From assembly GCA_021432655.1 (NCBI GenBank), contig MU271513.1, positions 1 through 51,228 on the forward strand: a stretch of DNA of 51,228 nucleotides. The letters run 5' to 3'. The translations under genes and the position numbers were made by a program. Position 1 is the first letter of the stretch, and every line of letters starts with the position of its first letter. Below are positions 1 through 12,218 of the stretch, one piece after another. A model generated the notes under the pieces. The model worked only from the letters and a program-made list of their open reading frames with translations. It searched no databases and was not told the origin of the DNA. The DNA is from Atractiella rhizophila. Its lineage: Eukaryota.

Positions 1-148
1 TGTTCTTTCTTTCCATACTGGAATGCACTTGAAGCTTGAATCCATTTCAAGCTTCTCGGAAATGTTCGTTCTGCCGTGGTGCTTCATTCGATCTTAGTTG
101 ACTGGGTCGTTCGATTGGGTACCTAGGCGTCCTCTCCACGTTCTTCAT
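1..148 (-). CDS. Possible 5' end of a gene running off the left edge (hypothetical protein)
   Basis: ATG at 148 (MKNVERTPR), a GTACCC..CTAAG..GCAG intron, then an open frame (TNISEKLEMDSSFKCIPVWKEE) to the window edge. No recognisable domain. Confidence 0.3.
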
Positions 149-495
149 TGACGCGATGGCCAACTGCGATGGAGCTTTGAAATGTGCACTGCCCGAAAGG
201 AATTGGATTGGGGAATTAAGTGGAGCCTTCAGATAGACGAGATGGGGCAGATGACAAGCTCGAAATTGCCCAAGAAAACAGTCATCTTTCATAATACAAA
301 TCAAGTAGCCCTATAGTTTTTATGTTACACTACTGTATACTAATTTTTTTACAATAAAAATGCAAACTGAAAATTGTTCAGACTGTCAAGTTTGGAGTCT
401 TTAGGAAGACGACCAAAGTCAGAGTAGAAAGAATTACTGCAACAGGAGTAACTCTCGACAAGAAAAAAACTGGCTCGTATTGCCATTAATCGACA

Positions 496-2344
496 TCAAT
501 TTTCTGCAGGCGCATTATTGGAACGACGGGCTCTCAATTGCTTGAGTGCTTCGCGCCACTGTCGATCTTCTTCGTCCTTTTTCGGATAGAGTTTCTTCAG
601 CAGTTGCTGTTGAATCTCCTTTTGCTCCGCAATTTGAATTTCCAGAAGCTTGACCTGATAGGGAAAAGCCTTCAGGAAAAGTTCCTCTTCTTCTTTCCGG
701 AGACGTGCTACGGTCCGTGATAACGCCTCCAGGTCGGCCACTGTACGTTGGTCAGGTGGAGCAGGGGTGTGCCGTTGGGGTGATAGGGAAGGCTGCATGG
801 AGGAATTGGATGAGGCGGTTGACTGACGTTGACGCTTCAACCGGCGAACACCGCCCACCGTGCCCTTGTCAGCCAAGATCCTACTTCCCCATCCATCCCT
901 ATCCGTATGGTCTTTGAGCGCGGCGTTCATGGACTTGTGCACAAGGAATTGCTCACCATATCAGGGGTTCCTTCTCCTCCGACTCCGACTCGATGCGATA
1001 TTGCTTCTCTTCTCCGTCTACCATCCAAAATCTTCTCTTTTCATAATCCAATTGCCTTCGGACACCATCCGGAAACCTGCAAAAATGCTTTCAGCAAGTT
1101 GGAGAGGAGAATGCTACTAGGAAAACAAACACCCGAAAGTATAGGTCCGTGCCACTCTGGGGATGAGCAATGATGCTCAGCACGTTCGCATGCTCATTTT
1201 CAAGATGAATTCTCGCCTTATATATCCTCGTCGCAACAAAACGACAGCTCGAAATTGGGCACGAGAAGTCGACCGGTCGACCGGATTGGTCAGAGCAGAC
1301 GTGGACTAGTCGCTGACCCGTCTGCTTATGACGAAGAATTTTGCCCGAGGAGTTGGAAAGCGTAAGGTAGAAGACCTTTCCGGGATTGGCCTGCTCGTCG
1401 ACTGGGGGGAATTCGGCATCGGAGTGGTCGCTTTCATTCTTGACCAAGGTGGATTCAAGAACTGCTTCATCATCTGCATCTGGCGATGATGACGGTGGAC
1501 GGAATAGAGGTCCGCCATTCGCAGCGGTTAGGATCTCTAAGGGAGTTGACTCCTTCTTTGGGGACTTCTGGATAGAACCAGCCTCTTCTGAAGATTCGGA
1601 TGACGATTCTTCACCCGACGATATACCGGAACAATCGAACGGGTCGAGCTCATCTGCAACGGGATGGGAAGATAAGGAGGCAGAGGACTCAGAGGACTCA
1701 GAGGAGGTGTCTTCCGAAAGATCCTCGTAGTCGGATCCTTGAAACTCTTCAGGGGAAGGTGGAGGAATTGGTGAAGGCGAGCGTGAGGACGGCGCTGAGG
1801 ACGATGGGATGGGACGTATAACGGCACCTTCTGAACGAGTGAAGTCCCTATTAGACAAAGACGAAGTTGTTATCAGAAGGAGAGAGAACGAGAGTAGAGA
1901 GACAAACCAAGGGAGGGTTTCCTCTTCTTCAGCGGTTTCGATGGTGAATCGTTTTTCCCCAATGATTCCATCGACGCGATAGAAGGAATCATTGTCTCCC
2001 AAGCTCGTATTCGATGCCATCCTCGCTTCAACAACGAGTGAATTAGCAAGTAGATAAGGAGAGCAAGCGTACTCAAAATATGCATTCCCTACTCTGCGAG
2101 CGTCGAAAAAGGTAACCTTCTGCGATGGATGACATTTCTTGAAATGGTCGCGCAATTTTGTATGTTGGGACAGCGACAGCCGTGAGGTGCAGGTTCGAAA
2201 GGGGCATTGGAAGCGAAGCTCTTGATCTCCTAACGGATGATCTTGGGGAACAAGCACGACCAGCTTGTGACGGCTAAGAATTCTCTGCGTCCCTGACGCG
2301 TCGGTAGCAAGAAAGCTGAAGAGCTGAATTCCGTGGACAGACAT
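496..2344 (-). CDS. Hypothetical multi-exon protein with two C2H2-like zinc-finger modules, an acidic Ser-rich linker and a C-terminal coiled coil
   Basis: ORFs 1091-2344 and 496-942 can be joined through GT-AG introns and a short exon at about 957-1066. Motifs CPFRTC-x14-HFKKCH and CPISSC-x12-HLENEH. TATA-like TATATAAA near 2477-2484 on the minus strand. Confidence 0.65.
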
Positions 2345-2722
2345 CTCGAAACGCTGGTCGAATACAGAATCAGGACAAATACTGTATCAAGGTGAGGAAG
2401 GCTGACCTTTGGACGTTCTTTGAACGTAGATTTGGGGATTCAAGTGGGTGGTTTGAGCTGATGGGATCATTGGTCCTTTATATATGCTGCTCTTGACGCC
2501 CCTTAAAAGAAAGTTCCACAACAACAACACCAAGACGCGATCTCCAAGTTAGGGAGATATTACATAAGTGATTTTAAGTTTGAGTAGATCGCGACTTGCA
2601 ACTTCAAAGCTTCATATTCAAGCATCTGATTATCGCAACCGACCCAAGCAAGGATCATATCGTCGATAATTTGAACTCTGGTCAAAGATATCCTGATACG
2701 TCCCTTCCGCTGTGACAGCAGA

Positions 2723-5700
2723 ATGTCGCTCTCCCTGTACTCCCATGCTCAGCCGCGCAGTCTCACCCTCTTCTCCCCTCACACTCTTACTGCTCTCAAG
2801 TTCTCTTTACCGCCGCAGGAGTCAAGGGCGCCTCAGGTCTGCTTCCCCATCCGTGCTTCTTTTCTCCGTGTCATCTCGGAGGCTGTACTGTGAGTCGAAG
2901 TGGATGGAATGCTGATCCTTCTCGGTGCTGGATGCTTAGGTAGTGGTCGAGCTGATAGATGGAGGCGTGAATGGAGGTCGGAGGATGTTGGGCAACAAGA
3001 AGATAGAGGGCTGTTTGGGGATGGTCAAGGTCGGGGATGGTGCGTTACGTCATTCCTCCTTTGCTATGATCTTGTGGGATTGCGTTTGTCTCGTTGGAAG
3101 AGCTTTGTGAAGTTTTCAACTCAAGAGGTGGATGCCTTTATGAGGCTACCTTTCTGGGGAAAAGTTGACCGTGCGATCTCTTAGAGAGAGGGAGAGAGAT
3201 TGGCTGTGCCGGCAACACTATTTCATCCCTTCACTCTAAACGATCCAGGACTCTCTGAGTTCTTTGTCGAAATGTTTACATGTGTTTATTATCATGTGTG
3301 AAGTCGAAGTCCGTTGAAGGTGGATTACCTTCCAGCGCAGTCGCTTTTATTGCTTCATTTTCTTAGTGCCGAAGCAATGGAGATACAGTTTGTTAAATAT
3401 TGAGCTTGTTCTTCTATTCATATATTGCGAATCGAAGCGGTTTCTTTTGTTCCACCATTAGCTTGAAACTTTCCCAAGCTCACTTCGTGTAGGCGTACTT
3501 AGTTCTTTGCTCTGTTTAAGTGTCCATGTCCACCGTCTTGATCCGCTTCTCCTGCATCTATCACTGTGTTTCTTGACGTATGTGATCTCCTTCTTTCAAT
3601 TAGGACATCACATGAACACTTTCGCAGAGAATGTTCTGTCACTAATGATCTTGCGGCAGATATATTCCTTGCTCTTGTGACAAGTGCTGCAGCTTTGAGT
3701 TCCCACATCGAACCCATTTCCCGAATCGTCGCCGTCGACTTCGTCTGTTTGACATCTGCGAACTGGGATGGCCTTTCTTCCTTTGACCAATCGACCGACT
3801 CGGATTACGACGACGGTCAACCTTCAACGGCAGAACATCCCTGCTCTAGCTTGAGGAAGATATTGACCAATGGCCAATTTTATTTCTCCTCCGCGTTCGA
3901 CCTGTCAACTCGACTGGAAGCGCGAATCCTGAGGCACTCTAAGTCAAATCATCACGCAGATGAGAAACACATTCTTCCTGATGGAGAGGATCGGACTGGT
4001 GCGAAAGGGGAACACGGTGGACAATACGACGAGAGATTTTTGTGGAATTTTTTCTTGGTTGATAGTTTGTTGAGGTTTAGGGATGGACTGGAGACGGCTA
4101 AGAAGGAGGCGTTCGACAAGTCTGGATTTTTGGTATGTACATCAGTCTGCATCATTTTCTGGCCAACTTGCAATCAGATTCTTATCATTCAAGGATTCTG
4201 CTCCGTTTTCGATATCAATGTCGGAGGCACAGCATGCACTATCAGTCTCATATCTCGACTATCCTACAAACGAGCAGGGACAAGGTACAACTCCAGAGGG
4301 GTTGACGTGCGTTAGTCACGACTCTGAACAAACCTTCGCTAATGGAGAGACCAGGACGATGGTAATGTAGCAAATTTTGTTGAAACAGAAACCCTATTCA
4401 GAACACCGGACCTATGCTTGAGTTATGTTCAAGGCGAGTCGTTCCTGGACCAATGTCAACGCACCTGATCTGACTCCATAGTTAGGGGAAGTGTGCCTGT
4501 ATTTTGGGTAGGCATCCTTTCCCTCAGAAGGATCCCCCTCAGAATCTCTCTCCAGGAACAAAGCGCTCCAGGTCTTGGAGGGGTTGTTGGGGGTGGACTT
4601 GCCGGCTTGGGTCCAGCAAATGTGCGCATCACTCGGCCGCTCATTGCTGGTCGGAGAGCCTTCGAGCAACACTTCATGGACCTTCTCGAAACCTACGAAC
4701 GGGTTCACGGATTGAATCTGCTCGGGACTCGGGAAGGTGAAGGTGCACTCTCGAACGCGTATCAAGAACATATCCTCGACTTCATCCGTAATCGAGCTGC
4801 AAACGTTCACGACGAAGAGAAGACTGATCCTACGGTTGGCATCAATAACGTTGCAGATGATGCTCCAGTATCCCTCACGCACTTTGATTTTCATTCCCGT
4901 GTGCGCTCTGGAGGGATGGAACAAGTGCGAGATCAGCTGATGAGCCCTGAGTTTCCGGTCAAGGACGAGAGCGAAATGTATGGGTACTGCTTAGCGAGCG
5001 GGCTGCCGGGCGAGGAGGACTTAGTGATGAAGCAACGGGGAGTGTTTCGGAGCAATTGCTTGGATTGGTTCGCCTTTTCATTTCCTTTCTTGTTGCCTTG
5101 CTTAGTGATCACGTAGTCTTGACAGAACAAACGTCGTGCAGGATATGCTTTCGCGGCAAGCTCTGGAGCATTTCCTCATCAACTGCAATCCGACTTGGGC
5201 TTACTCCGATGCGATCTGGTCAACGCATCGCACATTGTGGGCCGAAGTGAGCGACATTTTTGTTCGTGATGAAACTCATCTCACTGACATTTCTAGAATG
5301 GAGACGCACTTTCTCGCATCTATGCTGGTACGGGGGCCCTAAATACCAGCTTCACCCGGACGGGAAAAAAGACGCTTGGAGGTCAGTTTATCTTTTCGTG
5401 GCTCGGTCAGAATTCAATTTCGACCAGGCTTCCTTTCCGATGCAACAAAGCGAGTGGGAAGAATGTACATCAGCAACTTCGTCGACGGGAATAAGCAAAT
5501 GGCGATAGATGCTCTGCTCGTACGCTGATCACTTTCAAGTTACGCCTGCTGAAAGAGCCTTTCAGGGTAATCTTCCCGACCAGCAAAAGGTCCTCATCTT
5601 CGATCCTCATCACGACTACCTTCGTGATCTCGTCGCTGAACGAATAGCCGAGTATTCTACCTCACAGGATTTGACTCTTTGGGTGGGAACTTACAATCTC

Positions 5701-7355
5701 TGCGGCCGGCCACCAGGCTCGGAATCTCTTCTCCCCTTCTTCTTTCCAGACCCATCAATCGAGCCCGAGCTCTTGGTATTAGGTTTTCAGGAGATCGTTG
5801 AACTCTCACCCCAACAGATCATGGCTACTGACCCGGAAAAAAAGCATGCAATTCCCGTCCCTTCATCAACGGCGGAACTAATGACAGAACAGGCGACGAT
5901 GGGAACAATTCATCATGCAGAATTTGGCGGAGCGTGAAGAACACAAGAGCTCATACTTCATCCTTCGTTCGGAACAACTTGTGGGAACGGCTCTGATCAT
6001 TCTGGTGAAGAGTTCGGTGGCACACGACATTCGCAACGTTGAGGCCACAACGAAAAAGGTAATGGTGCCGATATTAATCCTCTCGCAAGTTAACCGAAAT
6101 GCGTGTAGACTGGCTTCAAAGGTGTCACAGGGAATAAAGGAGCGGTGGCCATTCGCCTTGACTTTCGTGATACGTCGTTCTGCTTCATCACTGCGCACTT
6201 CGCCGCTGGACATTCTGCTGTGGAAGAGCGAAACCGGGACTACTTCACCATTTCAAGCGAGCTGAAATTCCAGCGTGGACGTCGAATTGACACTCATGAG
6301 TAAGCCCTACGTTTGTATTGTAACTACCGAACTGATCTTCCTGGTCGAAGCAATGTAATTTGGCTGGGCGACTTCAACTATCGCATATCGCTGCAAAACG
6401 AGGAAGTTCGCATGCTGGCAGAAGCAGATGATTATGACAGCTTGCTACAAGGAGAACAGGTACGCCAGTAGCTCACCGCAAAGTCATCAATGAATGCTCT
6501 TAACAGTTGAGACTATCCATGGCTACGCGTAACGTTTTTGCAGGCTATGCCGAGGCCCCGATTACCTTTCGTCCTACATACAAATATGACCAGTCAGTCA
6601 TTGCACTTCCTCTATGATTGCAATTCAAGGTTTTGAAGGGGAACAGAGGTATATGACACCAGCGAGAAGCAAAGGATCCCAGCCTGGACAGACCGAATAT
6701 TTTACCGAGGTCGTGAGTTAGACATTTGGAAGTACACAACGGCGAAGCTTTACCAGTCGGATCATCGACCGGGTATGTCTGTTTGTCGGTCTGACGAGTG
6801 ATGTTCATCCTGTTCGCAGTTTACGGCCAATTCAGGGCCTCCGTGAGAACGATTGATGTTCAGAAGAAGGCAGCCCTTATCGCAAAGTTGCAGCAAGATC
6901 AATCTGTTATTCTGGCAGCTAAAGCACAAGGAATAGAAGACTCGTACGATAACCTAGAAGACTTTAAGGATCTTGCGGTATTTGATGGCACGCTCCCAAC
7001 CCCCCGAGAACATGGTCTCGATTCTAACAGTTGATTTCTAGTGCCACCCCCAAGTGACGATCAGCAAGCATGGTGGGATGGAGTTGATATCTCTTCCTAT
7101 TTTCCTACTGCCGAAGAGCTCTCCTCGCGAAATCCAGCCGTCTCAAATCCGTGGGATGTTGCTTTCTTGCGGAGCAACATGCCACGACGGGTGAAGAAAG
7201 ATCATGTCCCTCCCCCTGCTCCAACATCACGACATAATCTGGGTGTCAGTGAGCCCAAACTTACGCGGAAGTCAAGTAACTCTTCACTTTTGGACACAGC
7301 AGAAGGAGAGGAGAGTGGAACGTGGGAGGTTATCAAGCCTGATCGAAAGGTCTGA
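2723..7355 (+). CDS. Synaptojanin-like polyphosphoinositide phosphatase (Sac1 domain + inositol 5-phosphatase; INP51/52/53 / Syj1 family), many introns
   Basis: Spliced translation gives the Sac1 motifs GCLGM, [57 protein letters not shown] and the catalytic RSNCLDCLDRTN. 5-phosphatase motifs are GFQEIVEL, GNKGAV, WLGDFNYRI, PAWTDRI and SDHRP. ATG at 2723, stop at 7353-7355. Confidence 0.93.
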
Positions 7356-7822
7356 GTTCAGTCTGTATTCATATTATTGTTCTTGCACCTAACAATGCTA
7401 TCGGTATGTTCCCTGGAGAAACTAACGCAAGAGAAATACCTAAGTTGGATGGATAGATGGATGTCGCATTGCGTGTCGGGGAGCTGCGAAGAAAGATGGC
7501 TTCATGATGACAGCGTGTTCATCATTGTTTCCTCTTTTCTGCTCTGCTGCTAAACTCAATTCTAGTTTCCCTCCATTGTTACAAAGAAAAAGAAAGTTTC
7601 TCTCAGCCTTCTAGTATACTACATTTGCAGGCGTGCAGCTGCCCATGTCTCGGTCACGAATGTGTATACAAAATTCCGCCAGCAAAGTGCCATAATTAGA
7701 TTTGAGCTGACTGGATTCATTAAACTGTTCTATAGCCCAATAAAATGCAAATTTTCAGAGGAAAGAGGTGCAAACAGAGAGTAAAGCAGTGTTTGGTTGT
7801 AGTTGTCTCGCTGAGTAAGGTG

Positions 7823-7920
7823 AAAAAAGTGACCAGACGGTGCTCCGAACCCATGGCTAGTTGGGGCCCCAACGCCATGGCGAACGGCCTCCGAGGTGGT
7901 AACCATTGAGCCAAGAACGC
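7823..7920 (-). ncRNA. Pol III type-2 (tRNA-like promoter) hairpin ncRNA, copy A of a 4-member family; not a canonical tRNA
   Basis: The minus strand reads GCGTTCT-TGGCTCAATGG (A box)...GGTTCGGAGC (B-box-like)...TTTTTT. It is homologous to the copies at 17938, 22406 and 23267. It forms a long hairpin (CCATGGC/GCCATGG, GTTGGG/CCCAAC) and has no acceptor or T-stem pairing. Confidence 0.7.
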
Positions 7921-7958
7921 AGAACGGTGTTTGCACGAAAAGTAACTATTGAACCCAG

Positions 7959-8013
7959 TATATATACCACAAATCAGTTTGTTTACATCTGTTTACATTC
8001 ATCTATGTTTACC
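7959..8013 (-). promoter_or_regulatory. Upstream elements of ncRNA copy A: TATATATA and repeated GTAAACA
   Basis: TATATATA at 7959-7966, TGTAAACA at 7980-7987 and 7990-7997, and GGTAAACA at 8006-8013 (minus strand). The same motifs occur at similar spacing upstream of the other copies. Confidence 0.55.
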
Positions 8014-8399
8014 ACGCGGTCGACATTAATCCTCCGAAGTCAACAACCTTTTGCTCCTTGCTGAGAGAGTATATAAGCAAGGTGCACCGCACTCTGCAGC
8101 ACTGGATCTGACTGGATACAGCAGGCGATTTCCTGAATTGAACTTGCGTTGCCAGCGGTGAAGGACAACAGTGTATGTTGTTATCTCCACCCCTGCACCT
8201 TAGGGGAAAGTGAATGAATGTCGTTTCCCATCTTTCGAACTCATTGATCGATGAAGCCTCTAACAAAGGAGGACAGCGGACTCCCGAGAGCAAGGATCTA
8301 TTCCACAGCAGGTATCTCCTGGGTATCCCACAGACAACAAGCAGCCTCCCTAAGCCCTCCTCCTCACGGCGCGATGCATCCGCTTCCCTCCAATATGCT

Positions 8400-10055
8400 T
8401 CACGAGCTCCTCCTGTTTCCCAAATCAACGATGAGAATCATGCTCAAGTTGTCACACCGAAACAAAGGTTGAAGCGAGAAGGGCAGAGAATGAATATCAA
8501 TGAATCTACGTACCATACTCCTCTTCCTTCTCTCTCCCTCTGTAGGGATGACTGGTGCTTCAGTTTTTGGTATCGCTCCAAGATTAACGATTGCGTTAGA
8601 CTGATCGCTTGACGCTTCTCCTTCCCCTGCTACTTCTCCTTCTCCTTCCACTGCTGCTTCCCCTTCAGCAGCTCCTTCTGCCGCAGAGTCGGACTCCTCA
8701 GAGTTCTCAGCTTCTCCCTCTCCCTCAGCTTCAGCTTCTCCTTCTTTCTCAGCTTCTCCTTCTTTCTCAGCTTCTCCTTCTTTCTCAGCTTCTCCTTCTT
8801 TCTCAGCTTCTCCTTCAGCTGCTCCATCCTCTCCTTCTGCGGCGCCTTCTTTGTTCTCTTCGGTGTTTTCCTCAGGCTCCTCAACGACTTCCTTCTCCTC
8901 CTCGTTGACAACTTCCTTATTATCTTCCACGACCTCCCCTTCGCCTTCAACATTCTCTTCCTTATCGACCACGATTTCGTCTCCCTCTTTTTTAGCAACA
9001 GCAGCGACAGCTATCGAGCAACATCAAATCAGTTTGATGTCCAGTATCGCTTCAGAGAGAATAATGGAGGGGAGTGATGGAGACATACGGTTCTGAACCA
9101 AGAACTTGTCTACTGAACTAGCGACGGTGAGGAGATTGAAATTGCCGAGGGTATTCTGGGTGAACCTAGCGTTGAATTTGATGACCTTCTTGACGGCGCT
9201 GAAAGTCTGGACGTCGATAGGCATTGGCTCTTTGGCGACGAAGAATGTGAGCCCTTCTGCACAGGGAGGGGTCGTGAGCGATCCGGTGTATTGGAAGATG
9301 TCACTCGATTCGAGGTGGGACACTACCTCCGAGAAGGAGAGTGCTCCAGTTTTGCTCACCGAACCTGGCACAGTGACGTCGGCAAGGTTTTCGAAGACGG
9401 ACGTGAGGAGGGAGGTGGTGCTTGATCCGTCGTCGACGAAGTCGAAGGGAACGGCGATCACTGCGAGTTCGCCATCTGTAAAAGGGCAATTGTCAGCTCA
9501 GTTCGCTGAGATGGGGAGAGAGGAGCGCACTGGGTCCCTCGTGTACGATATGCATCTCCATCACGCTGTACTCCTCCGCAATCCTATGCTCTTTGACCCA
9601 GGAACAAGTCAGTTGCGCTCTCCGACGATCAAAGAAGTGTGACAAAGAGGCTCACCAGAAGGCGTGTGAAAATGAAACTGCTTAACCTCAAACTCCACAT
9701 CCCCAACCGTCGTCTTCGCGCCTAATCCCTCCATGACGACCTCCACCGTGGTTCCAAGGTTCTCGATTTCGGCCTCCTCGACATCAGGAGCCTCGAAGAC
9801 GGGTTTGACCTCCGCGAGCCCGATCGTAGAATCGATGTTGATGGGCGACTGGACGGCGGAGGTGGCGCATGCGGAATTAGCGAGCGACAATCCTGCCCAG
9901 TTCAAGGGCCCTTGGAGGCCAGAGTAACCAAAGTTGGAGATGGCGACCGTGTTGGAGGACGTCAACTGGCGCTTCATGTGCGATGTACCGTGCATGCAGG
10001 AGGCAGCGACGAGAGAAGGGAGGACAATAGTGGCCAGAGTCTTGAATGAGAACAT
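8400..10055 (-). CDS. Secreted alpha-class carbonic anhydrase with a long Glu/Ala/Gly-rich C-terminal tail (multi-exon; 3' end uncertain)
   Basis: Signal peptide MFSFKTLATIVLPSLVAA, then GPLNW, QSPINI, QFHFHTPSEH (Zn His pair), EMHIVH (third Zn His, exon at about 9530-9590) and YTGSLTTPPCAEG. The acidic exon is ORF 8400-8972. Confidence 0.9.
8731..8816 (-). repeat. 18-bp coding minisatellite (about 4.8 copies) encoding (EGEAEK)n in the carbonic anhydrase tail
   Basis: The plus-strand unit TCAGCTTCTCCTTCTTTC starts at 8731, 8749, 8767 and 8785, with a partial copy at 8803. Confidence 0.9.
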
Positions 10056-11759
10056 CTTGACAGATTGAAGATTGAAGAAAAGGAGTGGTGATTGAAGTCA
10101 AAGAGAGGATCGGAGTCCTGCGCTGCAAGATGGGTGGACTGATGGGCTGCACGAAGGAAGATAAGCTGATATCCAAAGAGTTCCTGACCCAAACTTGTAC
10201 TGATAGGCGACACGGTCTGCCTTTTGAAAAAAAATACGAAAAGAAGGGAGGAGGGCAGTTGGAAGTCTGGCGGCTTAGAGGAAAGGAGAGGAAGAAAAAG
10301 CGAAGGAACAAGGGTTTTATACCCATCACCGGGCCCATCCCCAAAGATTGAAAGAAGTGTATCATAGAAACGCGCCATCTCTCGACCTCACTCCGGGATC
10401 CTGAACGCAGCGCAACAACGGATGGAATGAATGGAAAGCTGGACATCGTGACATTGATAGTAAATTATTCTCGACGCCTTGGCCGACCTTGGCAGCATTC
10501 GTCGCTGGTACCAAGTGCCAAGTTTCTTCACTCCCCTTTGCATCTCCGTTCTCTCTCCCGTCCCTTCCAGCTCTTTCCAATGTTTATGATAGATTTATAC
10601 TGGTTCTCGGGAACAGTATGCGCCAGCCAGTAGTGTGAATGTATGACAGCTTATCAAGCAGCTTTTTCATAAGCAATGGGCAGCAAATAATCTTAACCGC
10701 TAATGGGCAAAGTAGAGGAATTGCGCAAGCACTGGAGAAAGCATTGATATCAAGGAAAAAGATCGGGAGAAGTGAAGAACAAGCATGCCAAGCTCCCACC
10801 ACTCTCAAACGCGTCCTCACTCTTTCCAAACTGCGCTCCATCAATCGTTCCACCTGAGCATGGAGATGAAGCATTCTGATACCAGGTTGATTGTCTACTA
10901 GAATCTTACAAGGCCAGGTTCTGGAAATGTAAGTGTTGGAAATTGTTGGAAATGGAAGAAACAAGGTTTGAAGAAGTTGCCACGAACGCCAGAATCTCCA
11001 ACTCTAATAAGAATAAACAAGTGCAATCCAACCCATGTTCTCTGCCCAAACAACAAGATAGCCCTTTGAGGATCTTCAAGAATGGATCGTAGGGCATCCC
11101 ATGGGATCTGCATGGAAGGACTGGGTTGAACATGGCAGCAGTCAAGCATAGGAATCCAAATCCGTCGATTTCTCTTTCAGCTCGCCCAATCTCACGCTGA
11201 ACTCAGCAAGCAGCAATACCAGTGGCACGGTTGGATTTCCGCCCTTTTAAGCATCCGCATTCACTCGGCAATTCATCAGATGTTGAGATTGATCTGGGTA
11301 CATCGTGGTTTTCAAGATCAAAATCGAGATAGGCTTAAGTACGGTCCTTGATCGTCCTTCCTCTCCGCTGGATGAATGTCGAATGGACAAAGGGAACTTT
11401 ATGGTGTTCCCATCGCAGCGAGAAAAGAATGGAAGGAGGATAGACTGCCTTGACGGTTTGTCGGTTTGTTTGAATGAAGTCGGTGGGAACAAGGCGGTTC
11501 AAACGACCAGGTGCAAGGCCCTCCATCTTTCATCTTTCTTCCATCTTTGCCCAAACCACATTGGCACTTCAAAGTTTCTGTCCCATTTTCTAGAAGCAGA
11601 CGCTTCAAGGAATATAAAAGCAGCCCTTTCCTTGAAGAGTCTCCTCCATCAAGCGAAAAAAGGCAAGCTTTCTTCTCTTTATACCTTCTCCTCCTTCTCC
11701 TTCATCTAAGGATCTATACCCCTTCTTTCATCCCAATACCCGTCTAAACAAAAGCGAAC

Positions 11760-12218
11760 ATGTAAGCTTTCTCTCTGTCCTGCATCCAGTAACGAATGCT
11801 GATGTTCCATTGATCGAATAGGTCGGCTTACAATCTTCCCAACCCCACAAAGCTCTTCATCGGCAACCTCTCCTTCGTCACCTCCCACGAAACGCTCCGT
11901 TTGGTCTGTCTGAATTTCGGGAGCGTTCTCGACTTATGCATTATGAAAGGTAGGTCTTCCCTTCATCTATGCTGGGCTTGAATGCTGATGCTTATGTACG
12001 ATGCTGGAACAGACCAAGCGACCGGGAAACTCAGAGGATACGGTTTCGTAACTTATAGGTGTCTAGAGGATGCAGAGATGGCGAGGAGAGGGATGAACGG
12101 GATGTGTCTCGTACGTTCCCTGCCCTACCTTTCGCTGCACTCTCCGCTTCGGATCTGGCTGATGCCCTATTTGGGACCTTAGGACGAAAGGGTCTTAACG
12201 GTCGATTATGCTAAATAA
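11760..12218 (+). CDS. Small single-RRM RNA-binding protein (87 aa, 4 exons: 11760-11761, 11822-11949, 12013-12110, 12183-12218)
   Basis: Spliced: MSAYNLPNPTKLFIGNLSFVTSHETLRLVCLNFGSVLDLCIMKDQATGKLRGYGFVTYRCLEDAEMARRGMNGMCLDERVLTVDYAK*. RNP2 is LFIGNL and RNP1 is RGYGFVTY. All three introns are GT-AG with GCTGAT branch motifs. TATAAAA at 11613. Confidence 0.85.

Noticed and set aside
7720..7936. Short ORFs overlapping the ncRNA copies (also 17888-18130 and 23245-23454) as a peptide family
   Set aside because: Starts, frames and lengths are not conserved among copies. Conservation follows Pol III boxes and base pairing, not codons.
8609..8998. Leu/Gln-rich (+) and Lys/Arg-rich (-) repetitive ORFs
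   Set aside because: They are alternative frames of the acidic carbonic anhydrase tail minisatellite.
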